Origin: a virus
Taxonomy: Duplodnaviria > Caudoviricetes
Virus record (IMG/VR): IMGVR_UViG_3300033067_000478
Coordinates: 1-24,022 of that record
DNA: 24,022 bases
Strand: one strand, 5' to 3'
Shown one piece after another: positions 1-9,240 of this stretch. How positions within the stretch are numbered: the first letter of the stretch is position 1; each line of letters starts with the position of its first letter. A program made the position numbers and the translations under genes. The notes beneath the pieces are model-generated. The model saw nothing but the letters and a program-made list of their open reading frames with translations, ran no database searches and was not told the DNA's origin.

Positions 1-408
1 AATAATTGCGTATCATATTGCGAACGCTTTCAAAGCGATTGGGGGCAAACTCAACAACGCATCATTCAACTAGTACAGAACACACCTGCGTACATCGACT
101 CTACTGGCGTAGGCGACCCTGTCGTAGAACAAATACAACGCGCTTGTTCTCGTGCACAAGGGTTTAAGTTTACATCACAATCAAAACAACAACTCATCGA
201 GGGTCTAGTTCTTGCAGTACAACGCAACGAGATACGGTTTCCCGAAGACCCTATCGGCTACGAGATGGAGTCTTTCGAGTATGAGTACACTCGCACGGGT
301 GTAAGATATAGCGCACCTAGTGGACTACACGACGACTGCGTTTGCTCACTTGCTCTCGCTTTAGATTGTAAGTCAAAAAATAGACCTGGAGTATTTTATT
401 TCGCATAG
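1..408 (+). CDS. terL: Terminase large subunit, C-terminal nuclease domain (5'-truncated by window)
   Basis: Not in ORF track. Frame 1 is open from base 1 to TAG 406-408: ...AYIDSTGVGDPVVEQI...FKFTSQSKQQLIEGL...RYSAPSGLHDDCVCSLALA. The DxTGVG and HDDxVxxLALA motifs are typical of the terminase RNase H-like domain. Confidence 0.9.
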   Translation, partial: NNCVSYCERFQSDWGQTQQRIIQLVQNTPAYIDSTGVGDPVVEQIQRACSRAQGFKFTSQSKQQLIEGLVLAVQRNEIRFPEDPIGYEMESFEYEYTRTGVRYSAPSGLHDDCVCSLALALDCKSKNRPGVFYFA

Positions 409-431
409 TGAAAGTATTTGGAAAAAATACT

Positions 432-439
432 TATATTTG
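432..439 (+). promoter_or_regulatory. Bacteroidota sigma-70 type -7 element (TATATTTG) for the PAPS-reductase-like gene
   Basis: Matches TAnnTTTG, 7 nt before ATG 447. No canonical -33 TTTG at 19-nt spacing. Confidence 0.5.
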
Positions 440-446
440 TAGCGAT

Positions 447-1193
447 ATGAACATCATTAACTTCAGCGGAGGGCGAACCTCTGCGTATATGACAAAACGC
501 CTAATTGAAGAAGGTGGTGACTACTTGGTCACATTTCAAAACACAGGCAAAGAAATGGCACAAACACTTGACTTTGTAAATGAATGCGACAAACGATGGG
601 GATTGAATATAGTGTGGCTAGAATATAGAAAACCGGCTACGTTTGAAGTAGTGACATACGAAACAGCGTCGCGCAAAGGTGAGCCATTCAAACAACTACT
701 AGAGCAAAGACCATCGTCAATACCTAATCAACAATTTAGATATTGTACAATGGAGATGAAGATAGAAACCTTGAGAAGATATTTGAAGTCAATAGGTGTA
801 GTTGATTATACGTCATTTAACGGCATACGATATGACGAGCCTAGAAGATGGCAAAAAGTAAAAGACTCAGACTTTGACGTAGAGTTACCATTGGTAAAAT
901 GGAAAACCACAAAACAAGATGTACTATCGTGGTGGAAAGAGCAAGAGTTTGATTTGCAAGTAAACGAACCATATGGGAATTGTGATTGTTGCTTTTTGAA
1001 AGGGAAAGGCAAACTAGCAATTATTGCAAAGGAAAAACCCGAATTGTTTGATTGGTGGATTGACATAGAAAAATCAAGCGGAAATCGCTTCAAAAAAGAA
1101 ATCACATACGAGCAGTTGAAAGACAAGGCACAAAGTCAAATAGGATTATGGGATGAAGACCCTTCGTTTCAATGCTTTTGCAATGTAGATTGA
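447..1193 (+). CDS. Phage PAPS reductase-like (PP-loop/adenine nucleotide alpha-hydrolase) protein with Cys clusters
   Basis: INFSGGRTS PP-loop, NTGKE, RYCTxxxK, GIRYDExxR, GNCDCCFLK and C-terminal CFC. Start moved from GTG 408 to ATG 447. Confidence 0.8.
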   Translation: MNIINFSGGRTSAYMTKRLIEEGGDYLVTFQNTGKEMAQTLDFVNECDKRWGLNIVWLEYRKPATFEVVTYETASRKGEPFKQLLEQRPSSIPNQQFRYCTMEMKIETLRRYLKSIGVVDYTSFNGIRYDEPRRWQKVKDSDFDVELPLVKWKTTKQDVLSWWKEQEFDLQVNEPYGNCDCCFLKGKGKLAIIAKEKPELFDWWIDIEKSSGNRFKKEITYEQLKDKAQSQIGLWDEDPSFQCFCNVD

Positions 1194-1218
1194 TTAATCC
1201 GTTACAAATTGAAACGCA

Positions 1219-1767
1219 ATGAATTGGAAAAACATAACAATCGAACAACTACAAGAACTCGCTTCTATCAATCACTTTGAAGGAGTAGAGCGTCGTATAC
1301 ATCAAATCGCTATCGTCAATCGCTTAGACATAGACGAAGTAGAAGAGATGTCTCTCAAGAAGATTCTCGAAGAAGTAGAGAAGTTAAATTTCTTGAATGA
1401 GTTACCACAAGAGAAACCGATGTTCGCTTTCAAGCATATGAAGAAACGCTATCGTCTCATCACAAACGCTCAAGAGATGCAAGGTCACCACTTCATCGCT
1501 TTGCAACAAATCAAAGCAGACGACATCATCGAAAACTTACACAAGATTCTGGCGATGCTCTCGTACGAAGTAGACATTTTTGGCTATCGTGTAAAAATCC
1601 CAAAAGGTCAAGTAGCGACTAACTTTGAGGAACGATGCGAGTCGTTCAAGACTTTGAGTTGTTCATTCGCGTATTCATACGCGTCTTTTTTCTTGGCACT
1701 CTATCCGCAGTTGTTGACCGCTATCCTCGATTATTTGAAGCAGGAGATGAGCAACTTGACAAAGTAG
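1219..1767 (+). CDS. Putative tail assembly chaperone (gpG-like)
   Basis: 182 aa acidic/helical ORF containing an in-frame slippery site T TTT TTC (1686-1692) and overlapped by a -1 frame ORF. Confidence 0.6.
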   Translation: MNWKNITIEQLQELASINHFEGVERRIHQIAIVNRLDIDEVEEMSLKKILEEVEKLNFLNELPQEKPMFAFKHMKKRYRLITNAQEMQGHHFIALQQIKADDIIENLHKILAMLSYEVDIFGYRVKIPKGQVATNFEERCESFKTLSCSFAYSYASFFLALYPQLLTAILDYLKQEMSNLTK

Positions 1768-1982
1768 AGGTAAGTCCTTTTTCGTGGCTTGAACTTGTCG
1801 ATAAGATGGCTAATCGTGACAGAACAAAATGGGAGTTCTTCCTACAGATGCCATTGATTGAGTTCTTCAACGCTATCGCATACTACAAAGCACAAACGCA
1901 AGAGCGCAACAAACGACTAGAGCAAAGCGCAAACAAAGGTTTTCAACCTTACGTCATCGCAGTTCTTAACGAGATGCTTTAA
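1686..1982 (+). CDS. -1 frameshift extension of the tail chaperone (gpGT-like; fusion 1219-1982, about 254 aa)
   Basis: ORF 1635-1982 is in the -1 frame relative to 1219. After TTTTTTC it reads FLGTLSAVVDRYPRLF...WLELVDKMA...MPLIEFFNAIAY, resembling a gpT-type helical segment. Confidence 0.6.
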   Translation, partial: FFLGTLSAVVDRYPRLFEAGDEQLDKVEVSPFSWLELVDKMANRDRTKWEFFLQMPLIEFFNAIAYYKAQTQERNKRLEQSANKGFQPYVIAVLNEML

Positions 1983-2110
1983 TTCTTAAGTGTAATTTTT
2001 GTGAAAATGTGTACGTTTTGACATATAAGGTTTCATAAAACGCACAATTTATATGCTTTTTGATACATATATGTCACATTTGTACGAATAAGAGTGACAA
2101 TCACTATTTT

Positions 2111-2136
2111 GAGACGAGAGTGTTGCGATGCTATTT
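2111..2136 (+). promoter_or_regulatory. Putative phage late promoter motif (GAGACG-N14-CTATTT)
   Basis: CTATTT 2131-2136 lies 6 nt before GTG 2143. The same motif and spacing occur at four other structural gene starts. Confidence 0.5.
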
Positions 2137-2142
2137 TAATAC

Positions 2143-3273
2143 GTGGCACTCTCAATCACACAACAACCAAACGCGAACGCACCTGCTTACAATGATACGA
2201 ACTTCGTCATCACAGAGTCAAGCGGTGCAATCTACACGAAAGACAATTTCAAGTTCATTTGTGAAGTAAAGCAGAATACTACGAGTCTTGCAAAACTGAA
2301 AGCACCTATCTACTACGGCTCAACGAACAAAGGTGTCTTCAATATCTCTCGCATTCTAGAGAACTACGTCACCTATGACTTCAACATCAACGACACTCTC
2401 GCTAGTGGTTGCGCAAATAGTGCAATGTCGTATAAAGTAGAGTTCGGATACGAGTATAGCACAAGCCCAACAGGTAGCGTAGTAGAGTACACAAATCTAA
2501 CGAGTGCAACTGGCAACGTATGGAACGCATCACTCAACGCTATTGACTTAGTCAACTACAATGGTCAATACACGATGGATGGTGACGGCAAGTTCTTGAC
2601 ACCGATTCGCTCGAAGATTATACAACGCACACAAAAAGACTTCTTGTACGCAATTAGAAACACCGCTACAAGCGCAGTAGTGACGTATAGCGACGCAAGT
2701 ACACAAACATTGAGTCTACCTACTTCGACGATTGTACGCATCCCTAGCGGTTCTCAGTTGACAATCCCAAGCGGTGCGACATACTACGACATTGTACTCA
2801 AGAACGGAGGTACAACACTAAGCGAGACGTATCGTGTGACGTTAGTAGATGAGTGTTCAAAGTACGAGACAACTGACTTGTTCTTCTTGAACTCTCTAGG
2901 TGGCTTTGATTCTTTCCGATTCAACAAGGTGAGACGAGACACATACGACACTCAACGCAAGACGTACAAAGCAAACCCTTACACACTAGATGCTACTTAC
3001 GCGTACGAAACTTCATCTTTTAAGTCAAGAAATTACGACACAATTTCAACTCATAGGGTTAAATTGTTCTCGAACTGGATTACAGAAGCACAAAGCGAAT
3101 GGCTCAAAGACTTAATCAGTTCGCCTATTGTGTTTGCATACGATGGCACTACACTTGTAGCAGTCAACATCGAGACATCAAACTACGAAGTGAAGAAGCA
3201 CGTACAAGATAAAGTCTTCAATCTAGAAATAGACGTTGTATATTCGTTCGATAGCAAGAGACAAAGACAATGA
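2143..3273 (+). CDS. Putative tail tip/baseplate structural protein
   Basis: 376 aa, Thr/Ser/beta-rich, with FLNSLGGFDSF and LISSPIVF segments. Overlaps (ATGA) a large tail gene. Confidence 0.55.
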   Translation: MALSITQQPNANAPAYNDTNFVITESSGAIYTKDNFKFICEVKQNTTSLAKLKAPIYYGSTNKGVFNISRILENYVTYDFNINDTLASGCANSAMSYKVEFGYEYSTSPTGSVVEYTNLTSATGNVWNASLNAIDLVNYNGQYTMDGDGKFLTPIRSKIIQRTQKDFLYAIRNTATSAVVTYSDASTQTLSLPTSTIVRIPSGSQLTIPSGATYYDIVLKNGGTTLSETYRVTLVDECSKYETTDLFFLNSLGGFDSFRFNKVRRDTYDTQRKTYKANPYTLDATYAYETSSFKSRNYDTISTHRVKLFSNWITEAQSEWLKDLISSPIVFAYDGTTLVAVNIETSNYEVKKHVQDKVFNLEIDVVYSFDSKRQRQ

Positions 3274-6014
3274 TAGAGATTTACGTAAGCGGTGGCACAA
3301 TCACGAATAGAAGACTTGATACTTTCGGTGATGTAAACACACTCATAACACGCTCAATCGCAGACATACGAGAGCCACAATCTCGCTCTAGTGAGTGGTC
3401 GAAGACATTTACTTTGCCAGGTACAAAGGCGAACAATATAATATTCTCGCAACTCTTTGAAGTTGAGCAGGTGATTTCTTCAAGTGTTCAATTCACGCCC
3501 GATTTCAACCCAAATCTAAAAGCAGATGTCATACTATTTAGCGATGGCATTGAGCAGTTGAGAGGGTTCTTGCGTTTGCTCTCAATCAAAGTAGACGACT
3601 CTACGCATATCACCTACGAAGTAACGCTTCACGGACAAACTGCGGATTTATTCACTACACTAAGTGAGCGCAAACTCAATGCTCTAGACTTTAGCGAGTA
3701 CAATCACACTCTCTCTAGTGGAAATGTCATTGATTCGTGGGCGACTCAAATCTACAAGAACGGCTCGACTCAAGCGTTTGCGTATGGTGAGGGCTATATG
3801 TATGCAATGATTGACAAGGGTCACCCTCGCAATATCTCTCTATGGGAGACCAACGAGTTCACTCCTTGCTTGTATGCGAAGACTATCGTCGACAAGATGT
3901 TTGCCAATGCGTCGTACACTTACACAAATGACTCTTTCTTCAATAGCGATAGATTCAAACACTTAGTCATACCACCACCCTCGTCTTTGACCGTCGATGC
4001 TACTGCTCTCGAAGCACGTCGATTCAGAGCGTCTCGCATCACAAGTGCGCAGTCACTAGATTTGTCGTCTACTATTATTTTTCAGAATGACTCAACTAGT
4101 GGAAACTATGACAACGGAAACAACTACAATACAACGACAGGACAATACGTCGTTCCTGTTGGGGGAAACTACGTCTTTGATGTTTCTCTAGATGTCAACT
4201 ACGCATCTACTGGCTACACTCCTATTTTTCAAGAGGACATATGGCTAGTGTTTGGGTTGTACGTAAACGGAATCAAAAAGACTACGTCAACCGTGACCGT
4301 AGACTTTGGCTCTCCTGCGTTTAACATAGACTTGTACTTTGCACCTAGTACGTTGCTCAATGGCGATGTAGTGGAGGTCAAACTCGTTCAAGTATGGGAC
4401 GAAGCAAATCAATACAATCTTTCAAATAGTCAGTTTCAAGTAGATATCGGAGTAGGTTCTAACATCGAGAATAACTTGACGGCTTATACCTATGGCTATA
4501 ATGAGACCGTCGACTTCTCAGTCTTCTTAAATAGCGAAGTAAAACAAAGCGATTTGTTGCTCTCGTTTGTCAAGATGTTCAATTTGTATATTGAAGCAGA
4601 TAGAGACAATCCTAAAGAGTTGAGAATCGTACCTCGTGACGACTTCTATAATGGTGCGCAGGTAGATTGGACACAAAAACTAGATTACTCTCAGAGCGTC
4701 GAGATTGTACCTATGGGAGAACTAGAAGCAAACCCCTACAAGTTTCAATACAAAGAGGGCAAAGATGAAGCAAACGTATTGTATCAAGAGTCTTACCAAA
4801 CTACATACGGCTCACGTACATATCAAGTAGAGAATCAATTCGTAAAAGAAGAGAAAAAGATTGAGGTAGTTTTCTCGCCTACACAAATACGCTCTTACAA
4901 CAATCAAAAGAACTTCGTCTTGTCGTATGTACCAAACGCTCAAGATGGTGACTTACGTGTGATGTATTATAGCGGTTTAGTGAGTGGAGTTAATTGGATG
5001 CTATACGCTCAATATGCAGGTGTAGGATTTAATCGCTCAAATCGGTTCTCTATCCCTATCACTACACATCTTGACTCTATTTCAAACCCTACTTTCGACA
5101 TCAATTTCGGTATGCCTCGTGAGGTTGGTCTAGGTGCAGGATACAAGTACACAAACGCGAATCTTGTCAATACATACTACTATCGCTTCTTGACTGAAAT
5201 CACGTCAAAGAACTCAAAGATTCTGAGAGCGTATTTTCGTATCACTACAAAAGACTATTTGAACTTATCTTTTGCAGACGCTTACTTCTTTGAGGGTCAG
5301 TACTGGCGTTTGAATAAGATAGAAGACTACGACCCGAATGGTGACTCGGTCTATTTGTGCGAGTTCTTACTTGCGCAGTTCATACAACCTGCGACAATCA
5401 CACAAAAGACAATCGGTGCAGGTACAGGGCAAGGGCAACAAGGCGAGACTTATGGCGATATCTACCCAGGTGGAAACATTCCAATCAAGACAGGTATCAA
5501 AGGGGTCAGCGTTGGAACAACAAATGGTGGTTCGGGTGTGTTCGTAGGTGACGGAATAGTACAATCGTCAAACAACGACAACTCAAGCGCTTTCTCTAGC
5601 GTGAACACATCGTTTCTAGAGGGGGCAAATAACTCGACAGCCATTGTGTGTAACGACTTCGAGGTAACGAAAGACAACACTTTCTATGTAGGTAACTACG
5701 AGATGTATCCAAACTTCTTAAGCGGTGGTAAAGTGGTCAACACTCAAGTTAACTACAATGTCACAAAAGACGATTGGTTAATTCTTGCTGACACAAGTTT
5801 GGGAGATATTACTATCACTTTGCCAGACCCAACGGGTTTGAGTGGTAAACATTGGGTAATTAAAAAACCTCAAAGCGGTAACAGCGTAACTATTGACACA
5901 GCAACAACAGCGCAAATCGATAGTAGCGATTCACACACTCAAACAACTCATCATTCGTTTGATTGGATTACAACAGACGGCTCACAATTTTACATAATAA
6001 GCGAAGGACACTAA
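3270..6014 (+). CDS. Large tail protein (tail tip/hub/central fibre-like)
   Basis: 914 aa. N-terminal SIADI...SKTFTLPGTxxNN motif typical of Bacteroidota phage tail proteins, an internal C1q-like strand (YNTTTGQYVVPVGGNYVF) and a C-terminal ITITLP beta domain. Directly precedes the tape measure gene. Confidence 0.65.
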   Translation: MIEIYVSGGTITNRRLDTFGDVNTLITRSIADIREPQSRSSEWSKTFTLPGTKANNIIFSQLFEVEQVISSSVQFTPDFNPNLKADVILFSDGIEQLRGFLRLLSIKVDDSTHITYEVTLHGQTADLFTTLSERKLNALDFSEYNHTLSSGNVIDSWATQIYKNGSTQAFAYGEGYMYAMIDKGHPRNISLWETNEFTPCLYAKTIVDKMFANASYTYTNDSFFNSDRFKHLVIPPPSSLTVDATALEARRFRASRITSAQSLDLSSTIIFQNDSTSGNYDNGNNYNTTTGQYVVPVGGNYVFDVSLDVNYASTGYTPIFQEDIWLVFGLYVNGIKKTTSTVTVDFGSPAFNIDLYFAPSTLLNGDVVEVKLVQVWDEANQYNLSNSQFQVDIGVGSNIENNLTAYTYGYNETVDFSVFLNSEVKQSDLLLSFVKMFNLYIEADRDNPKELRIVPRDDFYNGAQVDWTQKLDYSQSVEIVPMGELEANPYKFQYKEGKDEANVLYQESYQTTYGSRTYQVENQFVKEEKKIEVVFSPTQIRSYNNQKNFVLSYVPNAQDGDLRVMYYSGLVSGVNWMLYAQYAGVGFNRSNRFSIPITTHLDSISNPTFDINFGMPREVGLGAGYKYTNANLVNTYYYRFLTEITSKNSKILRAYFRITTKDYLNLSFADAYFFEGQYWRLNKIEDYDPNGDSVYLCEFLLAQFIQPATITQKTIGAGTGQGQQGETYGDIYPGGNIPIKTGIKGVSVGTTNGGSGVFVGDGIVQSSNNDNSSAFSSVNTSFLEGANNSTAIVCNDFEVTKDNTFYVGNYEMYPNFLSGGKVVNTQVNYNVTKDDWLILADTSLGDITITLPDPTGLSGKHWVIKKPQSGNSVTIDTATTAQIDSSDSHTQTTHHSFDWITTDGSQFYIISEGH

Positions 6015-6016
6015 AA

Positions 6017-7741
6017 ATGGCTATAAAATCAACAGTTGAACTAGAAGTCAAATCGAACCTAAAAGGTTTCAAAGGCGAGATTCGTCAAGCAACGATAGAA
6101 GCACAAGAAGCGGTTCGTACTTTCGGGGAGTTTTCTCCCGAAGCAATAGAAGCGGAGAAGCGTCTTGCTCAACTTCGCGACAGAATGGAAGACTTCAACG
6201 ACCGAGTGTCGGCAGTCAACCCCGATAAGTTCGCGCAGGTTCAAACAATCGTTCAAGGTGTTGCTCGTGGATTTCAAGCGGCTCAAGGGGCGATGGCTCT
6301 CTTTGGTAGCGAGAGTGAAGACCTACAAAAGACAATGGTCAAACTTCAAGGTGCAATGGCTCTCGCTGATGGTCTTGAAGGTCTAGGTAAAATTCAACAG
6401 CAATTTACCGCTATCGCAAAGAACATCAAAGGCGGTGTGATTCAAGCGTTCCAATCTTTAGGACGTATCTCGACTTTGGCGTTTGGTGTCTTGGGCATAG
6501 CATTGACGCTCATCATTGCAAACTTCGACAAAATCAAGAACGCGGTGATGAACTTGATACCAGGTCTTTCTACGTTTGCTAATTTCATCGGAGGTCTAGT
6601 ACAAAAGTTTACAGACTTTGTAGGTATCACTAGCGCAAGTGAGAGAGCGTTGGAGAAGTACAACAAAGCAACCGAGAAAAACAACGAACAACTAGACAGA
6701 GAGATTGCGCTTCTAAAAGCACGAGGTGACGAAATCGGTGTATTTAACAAGCAACGTCAAAAACTCGAGAATGAACTTGCTCAAGCACGTAAGAACTACG
6801 GAAAGAATACAGAGAAAGAGTGGGGAAAAATCGTACTAGACACAAAGAACGCCCTTGCTATTCTCGCAGAAGAAGAGAAAAAGTATAACGCAGATAGAGC
6901 AAAAGAAGCGAATGAAAAAGCAAAAGAGCGTCGTGACCAAGTTCGCACGTTAAATCAAGAATTAAGAGTACTTCAAGCAGATGAAAACGATAGAGATTTA
7001 CTTGCACTTCAACAATGGTATGCAAACTCTCGTCGTCAATATGTAGAGAATCAAGAAGCACTTCTAGTCCTTGAGAACATATACAACTACAAGCGTCAAG
7101 AACTTCGTGATAAAGAATTAAAAGATGTTAGAAAATCAGTTAGAACACAAGTCGCAGAAGTCAAGTTTGGTGAAGAGACAAAAACGAAAATGGCAGAACA
7201 AACCTATCAACGTCAATACACAGACGCTGAGAAGTATCAGTTGTTGATGAAAGCGCACTACGACAAACTCATCGACTTCGCTCAAGGATTCTTTGAGGTG
7301 AGTGCAGAACTTGCAGAGACTTTCGCACGTCAAGACGAAGAGTCACAAAGAAGAGCATTCAACTTCGCGAAAGCGTTGAGAATTGCGTCTACTATTTTGG
7401 CTACAATCGAGGGTGTTCAAAACGCATACACAACGGCTCAAAAATCACCTATAACGGCTGTCGTTCCTGCATACCCTTACATACAAGCAGGTCTCGCAGG
7501 TGCTTTCGGTGCGATTCAAATTGCTAAACTCAAATCAACAAAGTTCAATACACAACAAGCGAGTCAACAAAATGGTGGAGGAGTGCCACAAATGAGCGCA
7601 CCACAAACAACATCTTCACTCTTACAACAAGGAGGGAACGAACAACTCACTCAACAACAACGCGTCTACGTGCTTGAGGGCGATATAACTCGCACACAAC
7701 AACGAGTATCAAACAACAAAAAAGTATCTATTGTCAAATAA
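6017..7741 (+). CDS. Tape measure protein
   Basis: About 574 aa from ATG 6017. Ala/Gly-rich amphipathic helices (GFQAAQGAMALFGSESEDLQKTMVKLQGAMA), a hydrophobic stretch, long coiled coil and C-terminal RVYVLEGDI motif. Confidence 0.8.
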   Translation: MAIKSTVELEVKSNLKGFKGEIRQATIEAQEAVRTFGEFSPEAIEAEKRLAQLRDRMEDFNDRVSAVNPDKFAQVQTIVQGVARGFQAAQGAMALFGSESEDLQKTMVKLQGAMALADGLEGLGKIQQQFTAIAKNIKGGVIQAFQSLGRISTLAFGVLGIALTLIIANFDKIKNAVMNLIPGLSTFANFIGGLVQKFTDFVGITSASERALEKYNKATEKNNEQLDREIALLKARGDEIGVFNKQRQKLENELAQARKNYGKNTEKEWGKIVLDTKNALAILAEEEKKYNADRAKEANEKAKERRDQVRTLNQELRVLQADENDRDLLALQQWYANSRRQYVENQEALLVLENIYNYKRQELRDKELKDVRKSVRTQVAEVKFGEETKTKMAEQTYQRQYTDAEKYQLLMKAHYDKLIDFAQGFFEVSAELAETFARQDEESQRRAFNFAKALRIASTILATIEGVQNAYTTAQKSPITAVVPAYPYIQAGLAGAFGAIQIAKLKSTKFNTQQASQQNGGGVPQMSAPQTTSSLLQQGGNEQLTQQQRVYVLEGDITRTQQRVSNNKKVSIVK

Positions 7742-7751
7742 ACGCTATTTA
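7737..7751 (+). promoter_or_regulatory. Putative phage late promoter motif (AATAAACGCTATTTA)
   Basis: Identical 15-mer at 13513-13527. CTATTT 7745-7750 lies 6 nt before ATG 7757. Confidence 0.55.
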
Positions 7752-7756
7752 TGAGT

Positions 7757-8629
7757 ATGAATCTACCAATCTATCGACTAGACATCAACGAGTTTGACGA
7801 AGAAACTGGCATCGACTTTGTGTCGCTTGTTGAAGCACCCGCAGTCGAAAGAGACTTTCAAGCGTTTGAAGCGTTCGAATCTTACACGGACTACCCCGAA
7901 GGTGCTAAAGCAAACGCAGAGAGAGGCATTCGCTTAAACGAAGAAAACGGCAACAAGTGTGCAACACAAGTCGGAAAGGTAAGAGGTCAACAACTAGCAC
8001 AAGGTGAACCGATAAGCGATGACACAATACAACGAATCTACTCTTACTTGTCAAGAGCAAAAGAATACTACAACGAGAACGATGAAACTGCTTGTGGCAC
8101 TATCTCATATCTCTTGTGGGGCGGTGAAGAAATGCTTCGTTGGACAGAGCGCAAAATAAACTCAAGTAAGTTCGCCATTCAAGATGAAGAAAAGAGAATT
8201 GTTTCGGGAGTTGCTATGGTTGCTGATATGCCTATTTATCGACGCGATGCTATTCGTGGTGAATATTACGTTGTGTTTGATAAGGATTCTATTTTTAAGA
8301 TAGCGAAGAAGTGGGCAAGGTCAAACAAGTACGATAGTGTCAACGCTCATCACAAAACACCAATCGAAGAAGGTGTGTCTTTATTCGAGTCTTACATCGT
8401 AGATAGAGAGAGAGGTGTGATGCCACCTAAAGGGTACGAAGACGTAGCAGACGGTTCGTGGTTCGTGTCTTACTTAATAGACAACGACGATGTGTGGGCA
8501 AAAGTCAAAGCAGGTGAGTTCAAAGGTTTCTCAGTAGAAGGAGTCTTTGATTTCGTGAGCGAAGTAGACGAAGAGATGAAAGTTCTAGAAGAGTTGAAGC
8601 GAGTTCTTGCTCAATGGGATGGTCAATAA
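7757..8629 (+). CDS. XkdF-like putative prohead serine protease with inserted domain
   Basis: IDFVSLVEAPAVE, EEKRIVSGVAM, GSWFVS, VWAKVKAGEFKGFSVEG motifs; sits upstream of scaffold and capsid. Alternative ATG at 7751. Confidence 0.75.
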   Translation: MNLPIYRLDINEFDEETGIDFVSLVEAPAVERDFQAFEAFESYTDYPEGAKANAERGIRLNEENGNKCATQVGKVRGQQLAQGEPISDDTIQRIYSYLSRAKEYYNENDETACGTISYLLWGGEEMLRWTERKINSSKFAIQDEEKRIVSGVAMVADMPIYRRDAIRGEYYVVFDKDSIFKIAKKWARSNKYDSVNAHHKTPIEEGVSLFESYIVDRERGVMPPKGYEDVADGSWFVSYLIDNDDVWAKVKAGEFKGFSVEGVFDFVSEVDEEMKVLEELKRVLAQWDGQ

Positions 8630-8633
8630 AATT

Positions 8634-8659
8634 GCAACACAAAAACAAAAAATATATTT
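8634..8659 (+). promoter_or_regulatory. Putative phage late promoter variant (GCAACA-N14-ATATTT)
   Basis: Same spacing as the motif at 10761 and 13501; 7 nt before ATG 8667. Confidence 0.4.
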
Positions 8660-8663
8660 TACT

Positions 8664-9215
8664 ATGATGAACGCAAAAGAAACTCTAAAACAAGTCCGCA
8701 CTTTGTTGGGATTTGAAGAAGAAAAAAGTATCGCCTTTGAGACTGCAATGTTGAAGGATGGTACTATCGTAAAATGGGAGGGTGAGTTATCAGTAGGAAC
8801 TATCGTAATGGTAGAAACTGCCGAGGGCGATATCCCTGCACCCGACGCAACACACGAAATCGAAGACGGCACTCTTGTGACTACTCTTGATGGCGTTGTA
8901 ACTGAAATCGTGAAGCCAGAGATGGAAACACCAGAAGTAGAAATATCAGTAGAAGCCGAAGAGTTCGCTACCGTTGCTCGTTTCAACGAAGTCGTAGAAA
9001 CTCTTGAGTCTAAGATTGCTCAGTTGACTGCTTCTATCGAATCTTTGGTAAGCGAGAGAGCATCTCACAAAGAAGCGATGTCTAAAGTAGTTGAGTTGGT
9101 TGAGAAAGTAATTGACTTGCCAAGTGACGAACCTACCAAGAAACCTCACACACCTACCAAAGTAGAGTCTCAGTTTGAGAACTTGAAGAAATTTGCAAAC
9201 GCATTAAAGAAATAA
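8664..9215 (+). CDS. Putative capsid scaffolding protein
   Basis: Acidic protein with C-terminal coiled coil and APDATHEIEDG motif, between protease and capsid. Start ATG 8664 or 8667. Confidence 0.6.
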   Translation: MMNAKETLKQVRTLLGFEEEKSIAFETAMLKDGTIVKWEGELSVGTIVMVETAEGDIPAPDATHEIEDGTLVTTLDGVVTEIVKPEMETPEVEISVEAEEFATVARFNEVVETLESKIAQLTASIESLVSERASHKEAMSKVVELVEKVIDLPSDEPTKKPHTPTKVESQFENLKKFANALKK

Positions 9216-9240
9216 ACCAAATAAAAAACAAAAAAATACT

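Noticed and set aside
2060-2269. 69 aa ORF starting at TTG
   Set aside because: Weak start, overlaps the 376 aa gene out of frame and runs across its putative promoter.
5338-6386. Short alternative-frame + strand ORFs (5338, 5357, 6165; likewise 12336, 17360, 17952, 19112, 20937, 21092)
   Set aside because: Nested in or largely overlapping better-supported genes, with no motifs; consistent with shadow ORFs.
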